Under the pieces are notes generated by a model. That model was not told the origin of the DNA. It ran no database searches and saw only the letters and a program-made list of their open reading frames with translations. This document shows positions 1-10,831 of a DNA stretch of 64,000 bases, one piece after another (position 1 is the first letter of the stretch; each line of letters starts with the position of its first letter). The DNA comes from Candidatus Obscuribacterales bacterium (lineage in GTDB: Bacteria; Cyanobacteriota; Vampirovibrionia; Obscuribacterales; Obscuribacteraceae). The stretch covers positions 992,001 through 1,056,000 of the forward strand of contig CBDDIJ010000005.1 of NCBI GenBank assembly GCA_965228855.1, given 5' to 3'. Position numbers and translations under genes: made by a program.

Positions 1-2
1 TC

Positions 3-1025
3 GGTGTAGTCGGTCAAATCATTCCATGGAACTTCCCGATGCTGATGATGGCATGGAAGTGGGGCCCAGCACTGGCATGCGGAAACTCCGTCGTGCTCAA
101 GCCGGCTGAACAAACACCTCTCACGGCACTGAGAATCGGCGAACTGGCTCTTGAAGCTGGTTTCCCGGAAGGCGTTCTCAACATCGTCACAGGTCTCGGT
201 CCGGATTCAACCGGCGAATTCCTCGCAAACCATGATGATGTCGACAAAATCGCATTCACCGGCGAAGACAAGACTGGTCAAAAAATCGTTCAAGCTTCGA
301 TCAAAACCCTCAAGAGAGTTTCGCTCGAACTCGGCGGTAAAGCACCGAACATCGTGTTCGCTGATGCCGATATCGATGCCGCCGTCAAAGGCGCAATCAC
401 CGGTATCTTCTTCAACCAGGGTCAGGTTTGCTGCGCCGGCTCCAGACTATTTATCGAGAAGAAAGTTCAAGACGAGTTTATGAGCAAACTCCTCGATCGC
501 GTAGGCAAAATGAAGCAAGGAAGCGGACTCGACACCGCTACCCAAATCGGTCCTCAAGTATCGAAAGAACAACAAGAGCGTATCCTCGGCTACGTCGACA
601 TCGCGAAAAAAGAAGGCGCGAAGTTGGCTTGCGGCGGCGTCGCTCCGGAAGATCTGAAGAAGGGCTATTTCGTCAAACCCACCATTTTGACCGACGTCAA
701 AAACGACATGCGCATCGCTCAAGAAGAAGTCTTCGGACCGGTTCTCGCAGTGCTGCCATTCGAAGGCTTGGATGATGTCGCCGAACAAGCAAACAACGTC
801 AAATTTGGTTTGTCCGGCGCAGTCTGGACAAAAGACATCAAGAAAGCGCACAAGTTCGCAGCTCACATCAAAGCAGGCACCATCTGGGTTAACTGCTACA
901 ACGTCTTCGATCCGGCCGTTCCGTTCGGTGGATACAAGATGAGCGGATATGGTCGCGAACTCGGCAAACACTCAATCGAGTTGTACTCGCAAATTAAGAG
1001 TGTTTGGGTCAACATGGGCGACTAA
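3..1025 (+). CDS. NAD(P)-dependent aldehyde dehydrogenase (5' partial)
   Basis: Frame is open from the window edge (GVVGQIIPWNFP); motifs LKPAEQTP, LELGGK (catalytic Glu), NQGQVCCAGS (catalytic Cys), EEVFGP, PFGGYKMSG. Confidence 0.95.
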   Translation, partial: GVVGQIIPWNFPMLMMAWKWGPALACGNSVVLKPAEQTPLTALRIGELALEAGFPEGVLNIVTGLGPDSTGEFLANHDDVDKIAFTGEDKTGQKIVQASIKTLKRVSLELGGKAPNIVFADADIDAAVKGAITGIFFNQGQVCCAGSRLFIEKKVQDEFMSKLLDRVGKMKQGSGLDTATQIGPQVSKEQQERILGYVDIAKKEGAKLACGGVAPEDLKKGYFVKPTILTDVKNDMRIAQEEVFGPVLAVLPFEGLDDVAEQANNVKFGLSGAVWTKDIKKAHKFAAHIKAGTIWVNCYNVFDPAVPFGGYKMSGYGRELGKHSIELYSQIKSVWVNMGD

Positions 1026-1073
1026 TTTAGACTCGCTATCGACACGCCGGCTTGCCGGCATGTCCCGGAAACG

Positions 1074-1109
1074 AAAACGCTGTGCCGAAAGGCGCGGCGT
1101 TTTTGTTTT
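1074..1109 (+). terminator. Rho-independent terminator
   Basis: aaaacgctgtgcc-gaaa-ggcgcggcgtttt stem with GAAA loop and T-tract, about 50 nt after the ALDH stop. Confidence 0.8.
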
Positions 1110-1209
1110 CTCGATGCGATAAACTGTAAAGACAAATCCTCTAGAGATAGGCTGGCGTCAACTGTAGAATTGATACTGCTCGACTGCATCAACCCAAAGG
1201 AACCTCATA

Positions 1210-2280
1210 GTGAAATCGTCGTTGTTCCGTCCAAGAGCAGTAGTCCCATCAAAATCGCTACTGTTTCTCTCGCTCACATTTTTGTTCACTCCAACAGTTT
1301 TTAAAACAGAAAACGCCTGCGCGCAAACAAGGAAGGAATCCGTGAGCACCACCTCGTCAGCCAACGGGAAACGTCTTGAGATTACGAAAGGAGTGACCTA
1401 CGAGCGCGTCGACATAGATGACAAAGCACATGCTCACGTCGTTTTCGTCGATACTACACGCGGTGCCGTAACCATCAAACCTTACATGAGCGAGTCCATC
1501 GAAACAACATCTTCGGCGGCTGCGAAAAACAATGCTATCGTGGCTATCAATGCCGGTTTCTTTAATCTAAGCGACGGAGAAAGCACCAGTTACATCACCT
1601 TGGATGGCAAGCAACTCTGTGAACCAAAGCACAACGCCGCGCTGGTAAACAACGAAGGATTGAAACCATTTCTTACCAACATCTTCAATCGCTCAGAGTT
1701 GCGTTTTTTAATTGACAAAAACAGCAAAGTCCAAATGAAAGTGCAGGCGCATTCAGATGCTTCGCCCGCAGGCTTCAAAGTGATTGACTCGATACAAGCT
1801 GGTCCTCAGCTACTACCGAAGTATACCGCAAGGGAAGAGGCGTTTGTTCGCAGACCTCCGGGCGCTGCAAAAGATGCAGATTCAATCGGCACAAACATGA
1901 GAGCAGCTCGCACCGCATTTGGTATCACGAAAAACGGACAGGCGGTTTTCGTCTGTGTGGAAGGGCGGAAAACGAAAGAGTTCGCGGAAGGAATCTCGCT
2001 GCCGAATCTCGCAGAATTTATGAGACGGATCGGTTGTGAGTCCGCAATAAATTTCGATGGCGGAACGTCGACGACGATGGTTCTGAGCGTGAGACCCGAA
2101 ATCGCGGCAGCTATAGGTGTTTCAAAGAAAACAGGCACAGGCAATCAAAGTTACGACACTCTTTCAACTTCACAAGCAACCTCACAAGCCGAAGGCAAAA
2201 GCCCTCAACTGGTGACCGTTGTAGCCTCCAGCCCGGAGCGGCGAGTGAAATCGATTATTTATGTGACGCCCGTAAAATGA
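1210..2280 (+). CDS. Exported phosphodiester glycosidase (NAGPA-like) family protein
   Basis: N-terminal signal-like segment; motifs AINAGFF, AGPQL, ARTAFG, AINFDGGTST. Confidence 0.85.
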   Translation: MKSSLFRPRAVVPSKSLLFLSLTFLFTPTVFKTENACAQTRKESVSTTSSANGKRLEITKGVTYERVDIDDKAHAHVVFVDTTRGAVTIKPYMSESIETTSSAAAKNNAIVAINAGFFNLSDGESTSYITLDGKQLCEPKHNAALVNNEGLKPFLTNIFNRSELRFLIDKNSKVQMKVQAHSDASPAGFKVIDSIQAGPQLLPKYTAREEAFVRRPPGAAKDADSIGTNMRAARTAFGITKNGQAVFVCVEGRKTKEFAEGISLPNLAEFMRRIGCESAINFDGGTSTTMVLSVRPEIAAAIGVSKKTGTGNQSYDTLSTSQATSQAEGKSPQLVTVVASSPERRVKSIIYVTPVK

Positions 2281-2393
2281 AACGTGAAGACGTCAGTAAT
2301 GCGGGTTCTTTCGATGTTTACCATTAGATCCGACGGGGAATTATGGAATAGCGGATATTACATCTAATAGATAGTAATCCAGGACTCTAGTCG

Positions 2394-5300
2394 ATGAATG
2401 TGGACGTGGTACACGGGGATCGGCCGAAACACCCTCTAGTAGGCACTGTTGTTGAGCCGTATGCAATTCTGGACGTTATAGCTGCCGGTGGTATGGGCGT
2501 TGTCTTCAAGGCGCGCCACACACTGACCGACAGAGTCGTGGCCATGAAACTTTTGCCTTCGGAACTCGCTCGCGATGAATCGAACGTAGAGCGCGTCAAA
2601 ATCGAAGCAAAGGCGCTCGCCCAGCTGAAGCATCCGAATATCGTCACAACGTTCGACTTTGGTTTCACTGCGATGCAAGAACCTTTCATCGTGATGGAAT
2701 ACGTCGCCGGTGAAAGTTTGAAGGAAGTGCTGGACCGCGAGGTTTTATTGCCCGTCGATCGTGCCCTCAAGATCTTTCTTCAAGCCGTTGATGGAATGCG
2801 ATACGCGCATTCTGCGAAGATTTTACATCGAGATCTGAAACCGCATAACATCATGGTTTCAAACGAGCCGGAAGCAGACCATGTCAAAATTCTTGACTTC
2901 GGAGTTGCGAAACTGGCCGAGTATACGCAAAAGATTACGCGCACCGGAGAAGTAGTCGGCAGCCCGCTATACATGAGCCCAGAGCAGTGCACAGGTAGAC
3001 CGACCGATCACCGCTGCGACATCTACTCTATCGGCGTGATGATGTACGAGACACTGACGGGACATCCGCCATTTCGGGGCGAAAACTACATCTCGACGGT
3101 GCACCTGAAGTGCACGAAATTGGCACCAAGTTTTAAGGACATTGTGCCCGGTCGAGTATTTCCGGAACGGTTGGAAATGATCGTTTTAAAATGTCTCGAA
3201 ATCGAGCCGGATAGGCGCTATTCGACAATGGCGGAGTTAAAAGCAGATTTGGAACTGGTGGCAGGAGTGGTGCCCCGCGTTGAGCGAGCCAAAACCAATC
3301 AAGGTCTGCCGGCTACACCTCCTGCCCAGAATCAAAATGTCGGAGCATCGCCCGCAAAAGCCGATGAAATAGGCTGGCAGCCTGCTTGGGCGGGCGGTCA
3401 AAGTTCACCCGCCAATCCCGCAGCACGGTCCAGGGAAGCTGATTTCAGCGATTCAATTGTCACTAATGTCAGCGACTCGACCGACAATCAAAGCTGGAGA
3501 ACTCCGTCGAGTCCTAATTTAAGCGATGACAACTGGGGAAATACCGACTTCTCAAAAGAACAGCGAAATCAATTGGGATGGTCAAATCCCGGGGCTACCG
3601 ACGATGACAACGAATGGATTCCGTCTACGCCACCATCTGCGACACCACAACAAAATGCCCAGAAGCCGCTGACGCAGACGCAAGGATTAGCTTCGCTCTC
3701 CGCCGCGCTTGAGGCATCCAGTATCGGCGCAGGCGACATGTTGAATATAAAACCGGGAGGGTTCAAAGCCGAAGGGATACCTCCCAGCGACGAAATCACA
3801 GGCGACAAACCAGTCGTGGATCTCGAGCAAACTAAAGGTCCGGCGCCTATTCCATTGAACAAAGACGACTCCGGAGACTCGCATTTCGTTCTGACCTGGG
3901 ACCAGAAGACAGGGCCATCGTGGAGCGCTACCACAGCATCGCCTCAGAGACCAAAAGCTCCGATGGGCAGCATGGCTGGTACACGCACACGCATGCCGGG
4001 GATGGACGCAAACGCTATCGCGAACGCTGCGGTCAACGCATCGAAATCAGGCGCAGGCGAGCAGAATCAACAACCAACTCAGAATGCGCAGGTGAATGGA
4101 TCTGTGCCTGGAAACAGGGAAGGTGCGCCGCCAGATCAATCGCAAAATCCATGGGGCGGCGACGACCAACAAACAAACACCGGCTCCCGGTTTAATGCCG
4201 CTGCGCATGGTTGGGCACCACCGACCTCCACAGGCTCGCATCAAGCTGTTCAGGGTCCCTCCGGCAGGGTGAATCAGGGCATGAACGGAGCACAGCCGCA
4301 AGCGATGAACCAGGGCATGACCGGCGCACAGCCGCAAGCGATGAATCAGGGCATGACCGGCGCACAGCCGCAAGCGATGAATCAGGGCATGACCGGCGCA
4401 CAGCCGCAAGCGATGAACCAGGGCATGACCGGCGCACAGCCGCAGATGGGCGAGAATCAGCCGCGTCAACCGCATCCCGGCTTCCCCCAACCCAAATCTG
4501 GACAGTCTTCTGAAGGACCTTCACCTCACGGGTTTCCGCAACAAGACAACCAGGGTTTTCAACTGCCGCCGAATCAATCTGGCGCGCAGCGTCCTGGCTT
4601 TCCCTCTCCGCAAATGGCACCATCAAACCAAAACGTTCCGCCTCAAGGATCTAACTCCGGTTTCCCGCCGGGTTCACAAGCAAACCCGGGATTTCCACAA
4701 GCAGGTCAGGGAGCCACAGGCGCGCATCAGTCGGCACCAGGGATGGTACCACAGCAAAATGGAATAAATAGTTTTTCCAATGGCGCGCCAGGCACAGCTC
4801 AAGTAAATCAGAAACCACCAATGCCCGATCCATGGGGAGAAACCGTCCCACCGGATGCTGCCGTCGCGCAAATGACCGAATCCGAAACTGGCGTGAAACA
4901 CATGGCGCCATGGCAGGATAAGACTCCGCCAGTTGGTCCTGTCGGAGGACCGATGAATCAGCCGCTCTTCCCGCCCTCGCCAGTGGCACAGCTGGCGGCA
5001 AGCTTAATGGATGATCAATCGACGAAGATGACTACCGATCACAGTTCGGATGCCTTTGCGCCGCTGAGCGGAGGATCGTCAAAACCGATACCGGCATCTG
5101 TTCAGGCGCTTATGCCACCACCACCGCCGTCGCGTTCCCAACAAAATATGCAACCGCCGGCGCCACCAGTGAGCGTGCCACAAAATACACCACCAAGCCT
5201 GTCACCAGGTTCGAATCCAGCAACGCCACAAAATGTTGCACCCGTTGCCCCGGCCAGCATGAGACCAGGTATGTCGACGCCCCAACCGGGCATGCCGACT

Positions 5301-6365
5301 TCCATGCAGCCTGACGGAGGTCACTCACTGATGGGCGGCATGGACGGCAGGCTGCCAGCTCAGCCGCTGCCGAAAGCGCCGCAGCCTCCACCATTCGAAG
5401 AGCCTCAAGTTTTAGGCAGCAACGAGCCATCCCCGTATCAAGGCACCACTGCTGGCGCTGCAATGCAGAAAACGAAGCCGACATTGAGATCAAATACCGA
5501 TTGGCATACCGACTCCGAACCCGTAATCGATGAAGCTACAGCTGCAGCGCCAGCACCAGACTCAGCAATAAAGCAATTCGCTGAGCGAATGAAAACCAAC
5601 ATGCCGGAGCCTGGGCAGCACTCAAATACAGACACAGGTAAGGGCTTTAAGAGCTACGAGCCGGTCTCTCTTGCGGAGTTGAATGCGATCAAAACTCCTG
5701 CTCCATCACAGACAAAACCGACGACGGAAGGATTGTCTACCGCTATTCCACCGGGGCACCAGACAACTGGTTCTGCGCCTATCTACAATAAAAAATCGAG
5801 GACTCGGTCCAACGAGGACAATGAACTTCCGGCACCGAGCTCAGCCCGCGGCAGTAGTGGCGCCCGCGGTGCAGGCACTTCAATGAGATTCAACACCAGC
5901 CGTGGTGGCACAGACACGAAAAAGGCAGTGCTTATGACATTAGTCGCTGTCGCTATTGTTGTCGTCATCGGTATAGTAGGTTTCATGCTGCTGCAGCACA
6001 CAGCTCAAAACGGTCAACAGACGACGGCAATTCAGGAAAGCACAAGCGAAACAACCGACACCTCTACGCCCTCGGAAGTTTCGACTTCGACAGAGCCTGA
6101 ACCATCATCAAGCTCTAAGAGTGTAACCAGTTCATCTTCGTCAACGAGCGCTTCAACAGCTACCAAACCGGCACAGAAACCGCAGCCGACGCCAAGCAAA
6201 AAAGAAGCAGCAAAGAAACCTCAAGTCGCCAAAGTTACACCGAAAAAACCGAAAAAACCTAAAGCTGTCGCCAGGACGCCGGCAGCAGAGTCGGACACTC
6301 CGTCCATTCCGCGCAGACGCCGGGCGTATTCCACGTACGATTCCTACTACAGCGACGGCAACTAG
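2394..6365 (+). CDS. Hanks-type Ser/Thr kinase with very long disordered Pro/Gln-rich linker, one TM helix and short Ser/Thr/Lys-rich C-terminus
   Basis: GGMGVV, VAMK, HRDLKPHN, DFG, GSPLYMSPE in the first ~290 aa; TM segment AVLMTLVAVAIVVVIGIVGFMLL near the C-terminus. Confidence 0.92.
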   Translation: MNVDVVHGDRPKHPLVGTVVEPYAILDVIAAGGMGVVFKARHTLTDRVVAMKLLPSELARDESNVERVKIEAKALAQLKHPNIVTTFDFGFTAMQEPFIVMEYVAGESLKEVLDREVLLPVDRALKIFLQAVDGMRYAHSAKILHRDLKPHNIMVSNEPEADHVKILDFGVAKLAEYTQKITRTGEVVGSPLYMSPEQCTGRPTDHRCDIYSIGVMMYETLTGHPPFRGENYISTVHLKCTKLAPSFKDIVPGRVFPERLEMIVLKCLEIEPDRRYSTMAELKADLELVAGVVPRVERAKTNQGLPATPPAQNQNVGASPAKADEIGWQPAWAGGQSSPANPAARSREADFSDSIVTNVSDSTDNQSWRTPSSPNLSDDNWGNTDFSKEQRNQLGWSNPGATDDDNEWIPSTPPSATPQQNAQKPLTQTQGLASLSAALEASSIGAGDMLNIKPGGFKAEGIPPSDEITGDKPVVDLEQTKGPAPIPLNKDDSGDSHFVLTWDQKTGPSWSATTASPQRPKAPMGSMAGTRTRMPGMDANAIANAAVNASKSGAGEQNQQPTQNAQVNGSVPGNREGAPPDQSQNPWGGDDQQTNTGSRFNAAAHGWAPPTSTGSHQAVQGPSGRVNQGMNGAQPQAMNQGMTGAQPQAMNQGMTGAQPQAMNQGMTGAQPQAMNQGMTGAQPQMGENQPRQPHPGFPQPKSGQSSEGPSPHGFPQQDNQGFQLPPNQSGAQRPGFPSPQMAPSNQNVPPQGSNSGFPPGSQANPGFPQAGQGATGAHQSAPGMVPQQNGINSFSNGAPGTAQVNQKPPMPDPWGETVPPDAAVAQMTESETGVKHMAPWQDKTPPVGPVGGPMNQPLFPPSPVAQLAASLMDDQSTKMTTDHSSDAFAPLSGGSSKPIPASVQALMPPPPPSRSQQNMQPPAPPVSVPQNTPPSLSPGSNPATPQNVAPVAPASMRPGMSTPQPGMPTSMQPDGGHSLMGGMDGRLPAQPLPKAPQPPPFEEPQVLGSNEPSPYQGTTAGAAMQKTKPTLRSNTDWHTDSEPVIDEATAAAPAPDSAIKQFAERMKTNMPEPGQHSNTDTGKGFKSYEPVSLAELNAIKTPAPSQTKPTTEGLSTAIPPGHQTTGSAPIYNKKSRTRSNEDNELPAPSSARGSSGARGAGTSMRFNTSRGGTDTKKAVLMTLVAVAIVVVIGIVGFMLLQHTAQNGQQTTAIQESTSETTDTSTPSEVSTSTEPEPSSSSKSVTSSSSSTSASTATKPAQKPQPTPSKKEAAKKPQVAKVTPKKPKKPKAVARTPAAESDTPSIPRRRRAYSTYDSYYSDGN
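4272..4448 (+). repeat. In-frame 36-bp tandem repeat (NQGMTGAQPQAM x ~5)
   Basis: Four full copies and one near-full copy of aa(t/c)cagggcatgaccggcgcacagccgcaagcgatg. Confidence 0.95.
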
Positions 6366-6457
6366 AGTGACCACGCCGCAACTCGACTGACCGACCGCGA
6401 CTGGATTGAACGCGCCATTACTCGACTGACCGCGCTCGCGCGCGCTCGATGAATACA

Positions 6458-6492
6458 AAAACGGCCGGATTTTTTCAACTTCCGGCCGTTTT
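6458..6492. terminator. Bidirectional terminator between convergent kinase and atpC
   Basis: aaaacggccgga / tccggccgtttt 12-bp inverted repeat with A- and T-tracts. Confidence 0.85.
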
Positions 6493-6514
6493 CTCATTCA
6501 TTTCATTACAGTGA

Positions 6515-6985
6515 TTAGCGCATGCGCCGACGTTCTCTCGCGATCTCCAGCGCCTTGAGGCGAGCGATCGCTCTGGTCAGTGCCAGTTCCGCCACGTGCG
6601 TGTGCAGCTTGTCCGCCTTCTGAGCGGTTTCCGCTTCTGCTCTGGCTTTCGCCTGATTGGCGCGGGCTTCGTCAATCTCGGTGCCCAGCTCGGCAGCATC
6701 AGTAATGACAGTGACTGTCAAATCTTGATCGCTCGTATAAACATCCCCAGGAAGCGCAGATTGCTTGTTCGCTACTTCCAGTACACCGCCGATGATGGCT
6801 GCAGACTTCTCTTCGCCGGCTTCCCAATACTTCAACGCGTCTATACCAAGAGCGGTCACAAGCGGCTCATGCTGCGGCAGAATTGAAAGCTGTCCATCGC
6901 GTGCCGTAGCTGTCACCTGCGACACCGTGGTATCGAGTACGATGCGCTCCGGAGTGATGATCTTGAAATTGAACGTGGCGGCCAT
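6515..6985 (-). CDS. atpC: F0F1 ATP synthase epsilon subunit
   Basis: FKIITPER...GQLSILPQHEPLVTAL...GGVLEV...AAELGTEID...ALTRAIARL; downstream of atpD. Confidence 0.92.
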   Translation of the reverse strand: MAATFNFKIITPERIVLDTTVSQVTATARDGQLSILPQHEPLVTALGIDALKYWEAGEEKSAAIIGGVLEVANKQSALPGDVYTSDQDLTVTVITDAAELGTEIDEARANQAKARAEAETAQKADKLHTHVAELALTRAIARLKALEIARERRRMR

Positions 6986-7056
6986 GGTCCTTTAGCTCCT
7001 ATCTCCAACCGGTGAGGGTCGACTTGGTTGCGCAGTCTTTGTGCGCTCGTTACCTT

Positions 7057-7809
7057 TTATTTTTTACGCGTGGTCTTTTTAGCGGCAGTGGAACGACCGC
7101 GCGTGCCGGTCGTTCCACCCGTGGTCTTCTTGCTTGTCGACGCTTTCGTGGACTTCGAAGTAGCGGCGCGCTTGCTCGAAGCCGCTGCTGAAGCGGACTT
7201 CGATTTAGACGCGCCTGAAACTACGCTCAAACGTCCTGCAGATTTGCGAGGAGTGTGTTTGATAATGCTGTCGACAATACCGTACTCGAGGGCTTCTTGA
7301 GCAGAAAGGTAATAGTCGCGTTCGATATCCTTGCGAATTCTTTCGCGATCTTGTCCAGTGCATCTGTGAAGCAATTCAATCTGAGCGTTTCTAAAGCGTT
7401 GGCCCTGAAGCGCCTGGATTTCCAGCGATGTGATGTCGCCTTCAGCTTCCCAGATGGTCTGGTGGAACATCAAGGTCGAAAACTCATACGCGGAGCGCTC
7501 ACCCGTGCCCGACGCCAAGATCTCACAAGCTCCCGAAAGGGCATGCCCCAGACAGATTGTGTTGACCTTGGGTGGAATCGAGTGCATGATCGCGATAATG
7601 GCATCGGCGTTGTATCCATTGCCACCTGCTGAGTTGATGTACAAATTGATCGGTGTTTTCGGATCGCGCTCTACTAGACGAAGCAAACGACGGATAACCG
7701 GCGTGGCAACTTCGTTTTCAAGTCTGCCGAAAACGTAAACGTCTCTGTTGGACAACTCATCGTTTTCTTTTTTCTCGGCGACCTTGGATTCCTGATTTTT
7801 CTTGCTCAT
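7057..7809 (-). CDS. clpP: Clp protease proteolytic subunit paralog with basic low-complexity C-terminal tail
   Basis: PINLYINSAGG, TICLGHALS(Ser), LMFH(His)Q, ERD(Asp)YYLSAQEALEYGIVD; ~65-aa K/S/T/A/R tail. Confidence 0.88.
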   Translation of the reverse strand: MSKKNQESKVAEKKENDELSNRDVYVFGRLENEVATPVIRRLLRLVERDPKTPINLYINSAGGNGYNADAIIAIMHSIPPKVNTICLGHALSGACEILASGTGERSAYEFSTLMFHQTIWEAEGDITSLEIQALQGQRFRNAQIELLHRCTGQDRERIRKDIERDYYLSAQEALEYGIVDSIIKHTPRKSAGRLSVVSGASKSKSASAAASSKRAATSKSTKASTSKKTTGGTTGTRGRSTAAKKTTRKK

Positions 7810-7848
7810 TGAAGCCTCGATGGGAAGGACTGAAACTGTTTATCTCAA

Positions 7849-9372
<1,524 letters not shown>

Positions 9373-9495
9373 TTACCAGCAAAGGATACAAGTCCGAGCC
9401 TACTTTCCCGGCGTCGTTTATGATACTTTTCGTATGCTAGATGTTTTTGTTTACTTTAGAAAAATTGGCGCCCTTTCTTACTCCGCGTTAATCTG

Positions 9496-10491
9496 GTGGA
9501 AGATCCAAAACTAAATCGAGTTCTTTCCCATTTATTCAAAATGGTGGCATTGGTCGGTCTGGGTACAGCCGGCTTCATGATCGTCGAAGGCTGGGGTCTT
9601 CTCGACAGCTTGTTTATGTCGGTCACGACCATAGCAACGGTTGGTTACGGCGAGGTTCATCCGCTTACTCCGGCCGGACAACTTTTCGCAATATTCCTGA
9701 TATTTTTCGGCGTCGGCGCTTTCCTCTACATCGCGAGCGACATGGTGTCGCTCGCTCTCGAATTGAGACTCGGAAGAAATATGAACAAACAAATTGTCAA
9801 GTTGCACAATCACCAGATCATCTGCGGATTCGGCAGAACAGGTCAAGAAGTAGCCAGTCAATTCCGTATAAATAAGATCCCGTTCGTTATCATCGAATTG
9901 AATTCAGCAACAGCCCTCCAGGCGGAGGAGGCAGGGTATCTTGTCATCGAAGGGGATGCTTCAGCCGACGACGTGCTGATGCGCGCGCAGGTTGAAAAAG
10001 CCAAAGGCGTCGTTTGTGCGCTTCCCGACGATACTCAAAATACTTTTATCGCGTTGACCGCGCGCGGTTTGAACGATCACATAGATGTTGTATCGCGGGC
10101 AGCTAATCCCGGTTCAGAGTCAAAACTGAAACGAGTCGGTGCGCGTATGGTGATTTCGCCATACGTGATATGCGGGCAGCGCTTGGCAGCCGCCGTTACA
10201 CATCCTCTTGTAACGCAGTTTCTTGACGTCGTCATGCACACCGCTGATGGTGACCTGAGGATGGAGCAGATCGTACTTTCAGACCACTCACAGCTCGTCG
10301 GGCGCACTTTAAAGGACGCCAATATAAAACAAGAATCAGGCGCGATGATCTTGGCGGTAAATCAAAATGGTAAGCTGATTACAAATCCAACGCCGGACCT
10401 CAAGTTTTGCGTCGGCGATGAGCTAATCGCTCTGGGGGCTCAAAGAGAGCTAAACAAACTCGCTAAGTTGGCAGGTAGAACGGAGAATTGA
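9496..10491 (+). CDS. Potassium channel with RCK (TrkA-N/TrkA-C) domains
   Basis: Two TM helices, filter TVGYGE, then ICGFGRTG Rossmann-like RCK-N and a C-terminal RCK-C. Confidence 0.93.
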   Translation: MEDPKLNRVLSHLFKMVALVGLGTAGFMIVEGWGLLDSLFMSVTTIATVGYGEVHPLTPAGQLFAIFLIFFGVGAFLYIASDMVSLALELRLGRNMNKQIVKLHNHQIICGFGRTGQEVASQFRINKIPFVIIELNSATALQAEEAGYLVIEGDASADDVLMRAQVEKAKGVVCALPDDTQNTFIALTARGLNDHIDVVSRAANPGSESKLKRVGARMVISPYVICGQRLAAAVTHPLVTQFLDVVMHTADGDLRMEQIVLSDHSQLVGRTLKDANIKQESGAMILAVNQNGKLITNPTPDLKFCVGDELIALGAQRELNKLAKLAGRTEN

Positions 10492-10498
10492 GATCAAC

Positions 10499-10822
10499 AT
10501 GACGAATGACACCCCGAACCCCGGTACCGATGACGCTATCATCACGCTGGAAGGTGAAGACGGCACATCATACAACTGCCAAATCCTCGACATTATCGAG
10601 TTTGAAGGTCAGGAATACGGAATTCTTCTCAAATTAAAAGGTCAAGGCGAAGAGCCTGCGCCCGAAAGCGATGGCGAAGAAGAAGAATCACTCGTAATCA
10701 TGAGACTTCTGCAACGCGACGATCAGTCGATTTTCAGAACAATTGAGAGCGACGAAGAGTTCGAGAAAGTTGTAGCCTACGTCGAAGAGCTCGCTAGAGC
10801 CGCGGCTGGCGCTGAAGACTAG
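10499..10822 (+). CDS. DUF1292-like acidic small protein
   Basis: IITLEGEDG...ILDIIEFEGQEYGILL...IESDEEFEKV pattern. Confidence 0.75.
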   Translation: MTNDTPNPGTDDAIITLEGEDGTSYNCQILDIIEFEGQEYGILLKLKGQGEEPAPESDGEEEESLVIMRLLQRDDQSIFRTIESDEEFEKVVAYVEELARAAAGAED

Positions 10823-10831
10823 TAACATAGA

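Noticed and set aside
4047..4626. Alternative-frame repetitive ORFs (HRLRLCAGHAL, AAVRRSCPDSSL)
   Set aside because: Shadows of the 36-bp repeat within the kinase gene
6381..6432. 13-bp direct repeat actcgactgaccg, 39 bp apart
   Set aside because: Only two copies between convergent genes; no associated element
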